This document shows, piece after piece, positions 33,574-39,920 of a stretch of DNA of 39,920 nucleotides. The position numbers were made by a program, and so were the translations under genes. The stretch is from a virus. Its lineage: Duplodnaviria > Caudoviricetes. The DNA is taken from positions 1-39,920 of IMG/VR virus record IMGVR_UViG_3300038797_000052. The stretch is one strand, 5' to 3'. The notes below the pieces were generated by a model. It saw only the letters and a program-made list of their open reading frames with translations, was not told where the DNA came from and searched no databases. How positions within the stretch are numbered: the stretch's first letter is position 1; the number at the start of each line of letters is the position of its first letter.

Positions 33574-36500
33574 ATGAGCGCAGCAGCAAAGAAGTCTTCG
33601 CGCACGGCGCCGAGAAAGCGACGCTCTGTCACTGGCAGCAAAGGCGGGCAGTCCAAGCCAAAGCAGCCAAGCATTGCGTCCAACAGCGTTCCGTCGCTGG
33701 CCACCGCCCGGCTGGTGTACATCTGGAGCTGGGGCCCGATTGTTGGGCCGGTCGACGGCCTGCGCTCTGTGCGGCTGGACGGCACGCCCATTCAGGCACA
33801 AGACGGCACGATCAATTATCCCGTTGTGAAATGGCAGTTCCGCTCCGGCGAGCTTCACCAGGAGCGCCTGTCCGGTGTCACCGAGTCCAGCAATGAAATA
33901 GCCATCGGCCAAGAGCTGCGCACGTCGACGCCCTGGCTGTACAGCATCAACAATTCCGTGATTGACGCCGCGCGCGTCCGGCTGAGCTGGCCGACGCTTC
34001 AATCTCAGGACGCCAGCGGCAACATCAACGGCGTGCGGATCGACTACGCAATCGATGTTTCTACCGACAACGGTCCCTACGTGACGGTGCTGACCTCGTT
34101 CGTCGATCGCAAGAACGTCACCAAATACGAGCGCTCCCACCGGATCGAACTGCCGGACGGCAACCGCTGGACACTTCGCGCCCGCCGCCTGACGCCAGAG
34201 GCCAATAGTTCGCTGGTGCAGGACAGCATGTTCATCGAGGCTGTCGCCGAGCTGGTCGACAGCGATCAGGAATACCCGCTCACGTCGGTTGGTTGCATTG
34301 AGTACGACGCCCAGCAATTCGGCGGCGATATCGCACAAATCGCCGTGCTGATGCGCGGCCGCATCGTTCGCGTGCCTGCGAACTATGACCCGGTGACGCG
34401 AACGTATGCCACTGCCGGCGCCGGGACCAGCGGCGGAATCTGGGACGGGACCTTCAAAGAGGCCTACACCAACAACCCAGCTTGGGTTTTCTACGACCTG
34501 GTGCTGCATCCATATTACGGCCTCGGCGAGCGCATCGACGCGACGATGGTTGATCGGTGGTCGCTGTACCGGATTGCGCAGTACTGCGACCAGATGGTGC
34601 CGGACGGGAAGGGCGGGCAAGAGCCGCGTTTCACCTGCAACCTGTATTTTCAAAAGCAGGCCGAAGCCTACGCAGTGCTGCAAGATTTGGCTTCGATCTT
34701 CCACGGCATGGCGTACTGGGACGGCAGTCAGATCGTCGTCAATGCGGATATGCCGGGCGACCCCGTTTTCAGCTACAGCCCGTCGCAGATCCTCAACAAC
34801 GGTGCCATCAAATACGACGGCACCCGCTGGCGCGATCGCCACACCACCGCGATGGTGTCATGGGACAACCCGGCGCAGGGCTTCGAAACCGACAAGGAGC
34901 CAGTGTTCGATAATGAAGCGATGAGCGAGCTTGGCTCGGTTCGCGAACTCAGCGTGGACGCGTTCGGGTGCACGTCTCTTGGCCAGGCGCAACGCGCGGG
35001 CCAGTGGGCGCTGGTAACCGAGCAGTTGCAGACAAGGGGCGCGACGTTCCGCGTGGGTCTTGATGGCGGCATCCCCAAACCCGGCCAAATCATTTCCGTT
35101 GGCGATCCGATGCTGGCGGGGCGGGCAAATGGTGGGCGGGTATCTTCTGCGGCCGGACGCGTTATCACCCTCGATCGCGATCTGACGATCCCGACGGGCG
35201 CGAGGCTCTACGTCAACCTGCCCAGCGGGAAGTCCGAAGCGCGGGTAATCAGTTCGGTCAACGGCCGGGCAGTCACCGTGGCCGCGAATTACAGCGAAGT
35301 GCCAGAGCCGGAGTGCGGCTGGGTGATCGACTTCGACGACCTGAAGGTCATGCAGTTTTACGTCCGCAACGTTACGCGTCCCGAGTGGCATCTGTACCAG
35401 CTTGAGGTCATCCAGCATGAGCCGAGCAAGTTCGCGTTCATCGACAACGGCGCCGTCGTCGACACCCGACCAATCAGTGGTATTCCGATCGGTACGCAGG
35501 AAGCACCGGCGCGCGTACTGATCAGCCAGAACGTGGTGGTGGAGCAGGGCATCGCCGTCACCAGCATGAGCATCGCATGGGACGCCGCACCAGGCGCGGT
35601 GGGTTATGACGTCGAATGGCGGTGGGGTGCTCGGGAGTGGATCAAGATCCCGCGCACTGGCGAGCTGATGGTCGATGTCCGCGGGATATATTCCGGGCAG
35701 TATCTGGCACGGGTCCGCGCAGTCAGCGCCATGAACGTCTCATCCGTGCCGACCAACTCGGTGCTGACCGACCTGTTAGGTAAAACCGGCTTGCCGCCGG
35801 CGGTTACACACCTCACTGCCACATCTTTGTTGTTTGGGATTGAACTCAAGTGGGGTTTCCCGGCTGGCGCCGAGGATACCCAACGGACGGAAATCTGGTA
35901 CGGGCCGTCGACTAGCTTGGAGAACGCGACCAAGCTTTCAGATTTGGCCTACCCACAGAAAGAGTATGCAATGCAGGGCCTCCGCGCCGGCGTGACGTTC
36001 TTCTTCTGGGCGCGCTTGGTCGATCGCACTGGAAACGTCGGTCCTTTCTACCCGGCAGGGTTAGGAGTCATGGGTCAGTCGAGTTCGGACGCCTCCGCGA
36101 TTCTGGAGATGATTGCAGGCCAGATCGGAGAGACAGAGCTCGGCCAAGACCTTCTGGATGAGATCAACAAGATCCCAGGGTTGCAGGAGCAGATCGCTGC
36201 GCTCGACGGCCTGAAAGGCTACGACCCGGAAGCTACCTACGAAGAGTACGACCTGGTGGTGCAGGGCAAGCGTATCTACCAAGCCACCGGCCCGGTACCG
36301 CTCAACATGCCTCCGCCGAACCCGCTCTACTGGCTCGACGTTGGGCAGACCGTCGAGACTGCGAACGGACTTGCCCAGCAGGTCGCGACCAACACCGCCG
36401 AGATTATCGAACTTGATGGAGAGGTTACTGCTCAAGCGACAGCGTTTCAGGCCTTGCGCGCATCCTTCCGCGATGACGACGGTGAGGGCGAACTTGCCGA

Positions 36501-37200
36501 CGCACTCAAAGGCTGGAGCAGCACCGCGGCGATAGCAACGGAGGAGAAGGTGCGCGCGTCGGAGAATCTGGCAAGCGCGCAGAAGATCACCACCCTTGAT
36601 GCCAAGGTTGGCGAGAACGAGGCGAATGTCACTGATCTGCGTCAGACGGTTGCAACTGACAAAGAAGCAACTGCGCAGGCGCTCACGCAGGTAAACGTGA
36701 AGGTCGGCGAGAACACCGCCGCTATTCAGGAGACGTCAACGGCGTTTGCGAATACGGACGGAAAACTGTCGACGATGTGGTCAGTGAAAATGCAAGTAAC
36801 GGCGAATGGGCAGTATGTCGCGGCGGGCATCGGCCTTGGGATCGAGAACACTGGGGCCGGTCTGCAAAGTCAGTTCCTAGTCAGCGCTGATCGTTTCGCC
36901 ATCGTCAACACCATTGCCGGCGGCGCGATCTCCGTACCCTTCGCAGTGGAGGGCGGGCAGGTCTTCTTGAATACCCTGTTTGTTAAAGACGCCTCGATTG
37001 GAAACGCCAAGATTGGTTTCTTCATCCAATCGGACAACTACATCGCGGGTGTTCAGGGTTGGCGCATCGACAAGGCAGGCAACTTCGAGTTGAACAGCCC
37101 GCTGGGCGGAGGGGCTCGTCAGGTCATAAACAACAACGGCGGCAAGGTATTCGATGAGAACGGCGTGAAGCGCTATCAGTGGGGGAATTTGAACGCATGA
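33574..37200 (+). CDS. Tail tip / host-specificity protein J
   Basis: WDGTFK...NNPAW...EPRFTCN; FN3-like region; coiled coil; C-terminal SQFLVSADRFAI; GGAGG RBS before ATG 33574. Confidence 0.95.
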   Translation: MSAAAKKSSRTAPRKRRSVTGSKGGQSKPKQPSIASNSVPSLATARLVYIWSWGPIVGPVDGLRSVRLDGTPIQAQDGTINYPVVKWQFRSGELHQERLSGVTESSNEIAIGQELRTSTPWLYSINNSVIDAARVRLSWPTLQSQDASGNINGVRIDYAIDVSTDNGPYVTVLTSFVDRKNVTKYERSHRIELPDGNRWTLRARRLTPEANSSLVQDSMFIEAVAELVDSDQEYPLTSVGCIEYDAQQFGGDIAQIAVLMRGRIVRVPANYDPVTRTYATAGAGTSGGIWDGTFKEAYTNNPAWVFYDLVLHPYYGLGERIDATMVDRWSLYRIAQYCDQMVPDGKGGQEPRFTCNLYFQKQAEAYAVLQDLASIFHGMAYWDGSQIVVNADMPGDPVFSYSPSQILNNGAIKYDGTRWRDRHTTAMVSWDNPAQGFETDKEPVFDNEAMSELGSVRELSVDAFGCTSLGQAQRAGQWALVTEQLQTRGATFRVGLDGGIPKPGQIISVGDPMLAGRANGGRVSSAAGRVITLDRDLTIPTGARLYVNLPSGKSEARVISSVNGRAVTVAANYSEVPEPECGWVIDFDDLKVMQFYVRNVTRPEWHLYQLEVIQHEPSKFAFIDNGAVVDTRPISGIPIGTQEAPARVLISQNVVVEQGIAVTSMSIAWDAAPGAVGYDVEWRWGAREWIKIPRTGELMVDVRGIYSGQYLARVRAVSAMNVSSVPTNSVLTDLLGKTGLPPAVTHLTATSLLFGIELKWGFPAGAEDTQRTEIWYGPSTSLENATKLSDLAYPQKEYAMQGLRAGVTFFFWARLVDRTGNVGPFYPAGLGVMGQSSSDASAILEMIAGQIGETELGQDLLDEINKIPGLQEQIAALDGLKGYDPEATYEEYDLVVQGKRIYQATGPVPLNMPPPNPLYWLDVGQTVETANGLAQQVATNTAEIIELDGEVTAQATAFQALRASFRDDDGEGELADALKGWSSTAAIATEEKVRASENLASAQKITTLDAKVGENEANVTDLRQTVATDKEATAQALTQVNVKVGENTAAIQETSTAFANTDGKLSTMWSVKMQVTANGQYVAAGIGLGIENTGAGLQSQFLVSADRFAIVNTIAGGAISVPFAVEGGQVFLNTLFVKDASIGNAKIGFFIQSDNYIAGVQGWRIDKAGNFELNSPLGGGARQVINNNGGKVFDENGVKRYQWGNLNA

Positions 37201-37520
37201 GTTACGGCATAAGGATATGGGGCGCCGATGGGGCGCTCCAGCTGGATGAGAACTCATTCACCATTCGTGTCGTGCTCTCGGTGCAAGTGACCTTCGCGCT
37301 TGGATCCAGCAAAGGAACGCAGGACTTCTCTGTTCCCGGAGTCGGACCGGGTAACGGAACAGCAATCGTGGTTCCGATTGGTGCCTATCCGGATTCTCAA
37401 ATGCAGTTCGAAACGGAGATGCTCGATGGAATTGTCCGGGTTTACAACTACACGCGGACGTACGCGGCGAGCACTACTTCGTCCGGAACCATGCGCTTAA
37501 TAGTCATGAGGTGGAGCTGA
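37197..37520 (+). CDS. Tail-tip accessory protein
   Basis: MSYGIRIWGADG; ATGA-coupled to J. Confidence 0.75.
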   Translation: MSYGIRIWGADGALQLDENSFTIRVVLSVQVTFALGSSKGTQDFSVPGVGPGNGTAIVVPIGAYPDSQMQFETEMLDGIVRVYNYTRTYAASTTSSGTMRLIVMRWS

Positions 37521-38200
37521 TGAGCTATGGCGTCCAGTTCACAAACAACAATAACGTGGTGACTTTAGATTCAGAGTTCTCGCGACTGATGGTCATCTCT
37601 TCAGGGCGGTATGCCCCGACACAGGAAGGGGGGCTTGGGTCTGTTACTACGTTTGCACGGCCAGTTACTTCTCAGGAGCCACCACTTGTATTTGTTAGGC
37701 CCGACACGTTCAACGGAATAGCAGGGCTTTGCCGTATGAGGCTCCTTGGCTCCGCAGGTAATTGGACTGGCTTTTATGTCAGAGCGTACGACGTCAACGC
37801 TGCCGGGCTGAACGGGCGGTACTTTGTAGCAGCATTTGATGCCCAGCCAGTGGCGCAATACGGAATGCGATTGTGGGATGGCGCAGGGAAGCTGCTGTTT
37901 GACTCCGGTACGCCGAACGCGACATTTACCCGAGCGTTCCAGAACTGGACCTATGTTCGCTACGACACCAGTCAGCAGGGGCTGACGCGCATCTTCTACA
38001 GCGTCCCGTTCAACTTTCCTGAGAACGAATTCATGTTGCTGAATACGTTCGGCATGCCCATGACTTCGGGGAGTGGCATTCCGCGCGAGCTTTATTGCTG
38101 GTGGGATTTCCCAAACAACACGCTCTATGCCATCACCGTTGCTGCATCGAACCCCTTCGCTTTTTTCCTGCCGGCAGTGTTCGCAAAACAAGCCGCATGA
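37520..38200 (+). CDS. Tail-tip accessory protein
   Basis: MSYGVQF...YGMRLWDGAGKLLFDS; TGATG coupling. Confidence 0.75.
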   Translation: MSYGVQFTNNNNVVTLDSEFSRLMVISSGRYAPTQEGGLGSVTTFARPVTSQEPPLVFVRPDTFNGIAGLCRMRLLGSAGNWTGFYVRAYDVNAAGLNGRYFVAAFDAQPVAQYGMRLWDGAGKLLFDSGTPNATFTRAFQNWTYVRYDTSQQGLTRIFYSVPFNFPENEFMLLNTFGMPMTSGSGIPRELYCWWDFPNNTLYAITVAASNPFAFFLPAVFAKQAA

Positions 38201-38221
38201 CCCATTTATAGGATGTACTTT

Positions 38222-39583
38222 ATGCCCTGGTACAAATCAGGAACGGTCTCTGTCACCCAGAATTCCAATGCGATTATCGGTATCGGTACCGCGTTCATCG
38301 CCAATGCTCGCGTTGGTGACGCGTTTCGTGGTCCGGACGGTGGTTGGTACGAAGTGACCAACATCCCCAGCGACACTGGAATGTCGATCGCGCCGAACTA
38401 TCAGGGTGCGACCAATGCATCGGGGACCTATGCGCTGGCACCGATGCAGGGCTATGTCAAAGATTCCGCTGATGCATTGCGCGCACTGGTGAACCAATTC
38501 GGTGGGGTTCTGGCGGTACTTGGCAATGACCCAACGCTATCGGGTATACGCCAGGCGCTGAATCTTTCAACTACTGACGGTCTACCGGAAGGTGTCACCA
38601 ACAAGTACCTGACCAACTCTCGCGTTCTCGGCGTGCCATTGACCGGTGTCGACTTGGTAACTCCAGGTGCGATTGTTGCAACGGACACCATCATCAAAGC
38701 TCTCGGCAAGCTTCAGGCGAGCAAAGCCGATCTGGCCGGCACGAACAAGGCGGTCGCGATCGATCAGGGAGGAACAGGCGCCAAAACGGCTAAGGATGCC
38801 CGGGCGGCGCTTGGCGCGACTGGTCCTAAGAACCTGTTATTGAACCCGCGATTCCGGGTCAATCAGCGTGGATACGTCTCCGGTGCGGCTGCTACGGCTG
38901 GGCAGTACACGCTGGATCGCTGGAAAGTGCCTGTGGCGGGCCAGTCTCTGACGTTTGCCGCATCTGGCGCAGGTATGCGCGCAACCTTTCCGGCTGGCGG
39001 TTGCGATCAGGTGATCCTTGGCGAAAACGTTCGGGGTGGGATTTATACGCTTTCGTGGGTGGGTACCGCCGTGGCGAAAGTGAACGGCGTCACCATTGCC
39101 AACGGCGGTCAGACCGCAACCCTTCCGGCCGGTAGTAATATCACGATCAACCTGTCCGGAGGATGGGCTGAAGATGTCATGTTCCAGCTGGGCAGCGTTG
39201 CGACATCGCCAGATGATCAGGGCTATGCGGCCGAGCTTTTCGACTGCCAGTACTACGGCTGGTCTTTATCGCCTAGTGTTGCTGGGCAGCCGGTCTGCTC
39301 GGTCACTTTTACGTACAGCAACTACCTGGCTATTGGTGCGTTAAGGTTTCCAAGAGCAATGAGGGTTAACCCTACTGTCAGTTTCTTAGCCGGCTCTCCT
39401 CCTTCTTTCACCGTAACGGGCGGCGGTGGCGGCGGAATTCCATTGGACAATTTGCAGGTTGCTGCAATCGGTAAAGAGTCTTGCTCCCTTGGTGCCGCGA
39501 TATCCACCTCGTTTGCCATAGGCTATGGCACTTTGCTGTGCTTCGGCTCATCCCCCAACCTATTCTTCTCGGCCGAGGTTTGA
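38222..39583 (+). CDS. Tail fibre protein
   Basis: N-terminal MPWYKSGTVSVT...APMQGYVK; IDQGGTGAKTA; NLLLNPRFRVNQRG...DRW. Confidence 0.88.
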   Translation: MPWYKSGTVSVTQNSNAIIGIGTAFIANARVGDAFRGPDGGWYEVTNIPSDTGMSIAPNYQGATNASGTYALAPMQGYVKDSADALRALVNQFGGVLAVLGNDPTLSGIRQALNLSTTDGLPEGVTNKYLTNSRVLGVPLTGVDLVTPGAIVATDTIIKALGKLQASKADLAGTNKAVAIDQGGTGAKTAKDARAALGATGPKNLLLNPRFRVNQRGYVSGAAATAGQYTLDRWKVPVAGQSLTFAASGAGMRATFPAGGCDQVILGENVRGGIYTLSWVGTAVAKVNGVTIANGGQTATLPAGSNITINLSGGWAEDVMFQLGSVATSPDDQGYAAELFDCQYYGWSLSPSVAGQPVCSVTFTYSNYLAIGALRFPRAMRVNPTVSFLAGSPPSFTVTGGGGGGIPLDNLQVAAIGKESCSLGAAISTSFAIGYGTLLCFGSSPNLFFSAEV

Positions 39584-39584
39584 A

Positions 39585-39920
39585 ATGTACAAGTATTCAG
39601 ACGACGTGATCCTTCGCTTGTCCGATGGCGCTTACATCCCGAAAGATCCAGAAAATCGAGACTATAAGGAGTATCTGGCCTGGGTTGGGTCCGGAGGGGT
39701 AACGCTTCCGGAGTTCTCCGAGGAAGATCTGGCCCGACAGAAGGCTCAGCTGGATGCTTCTGTCGAGAGCTCGTGGCGCGCTAGCGAGCTTCAGGTCATA
39801 GCCCGACAGATCGACGCGTTAGAAGAGGCGGATGCTGATGTGTCTCCGCCGGATCTGCTACCCGGCACGAAGCAGCAGTGGCTGAGGTTTCGAGGTCAGG
39901 TCAACAACTGGAAAGAAGGA
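39585..39920 (+). CDS. Tail fibre assembly chaperone (partial, runs off the window)
   Basis: MYKYSDDVILRLSDGAYIPKDPENRDYKEYLAW...WRASEL...QWLRFRGQV; follows the fibre gene. Confidence 0.75.
   Translation, partial: MYKYSDDVILRLSDGAYIPKDPENRDYKEYLAWVGSGGVTLPEFSEEDLARQKAQLDASVESSWRASELQVIARQIDALEEADADVSPPDLLPGTKQQWLRFRGQVNNWKEG

Larger units (their letters stand above)
421..39920. mobile_element. Lambdoid siphovirus prophage (HK97-type head, lambda-type tail); right end lies outside the window
   Basis: Colinear int-xis-early-cI/cro-replication-Q-like-terminase-head-tail modules. Left boundary is approximate. Confidence 0.96.

Overview
The window holds the left ~39.5 kb of an apparently intact lambdoid siphovirus prophage, most likely in a Pseudomonas (putida/fluorescens-like) genome. 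It sits a few tens of bases upstream of the host mutS start codon (mutS 5' part, 1-409, minus strand; missed by the ORF track). Gene order: putative attL; an AT-rich three-gene cargo operon; tyrosine integrase and DUF4224 excisionase; leftward early genes; cI/cro switch with five operator-like palindromes; rightward early genes with a BRO-N antirepressor; replication genes (initiator with iterons, DnaC-like loader, DnaB); a Q-like regulator with a pR'/tR'-like unit; morons; holin-position membrane genes; HNH, cos and terminase; HK97-type head; lambda-type tail (G/GT frameshift, tape measure, M, L, K, I, J); tail fibre and chaperone (cut by the window edge). No endolysin or attR is seen, presumably because they lie beyond the window. 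Most interesting signals: (1) an uncharacterised three-gene operon ending in a permuted papain-like (His...Cys) enzyme, a candidate anti-phage system; (2) a compact, pseudoknotted ~155-nt putative structured RNA just before the terminator that precedes the late genes; (3) a CI repressor that appears non-autocleavable, together with an SOS box upstream of an antirepressor; (4) integration in the mutS promoter region; (5) a repeated GCGACAC-N20-GTGTCGC dyad; (6) a toxin-antitoxin-like two-gene moron. All family assignments come from recognising motifs by eye; no searches were run.
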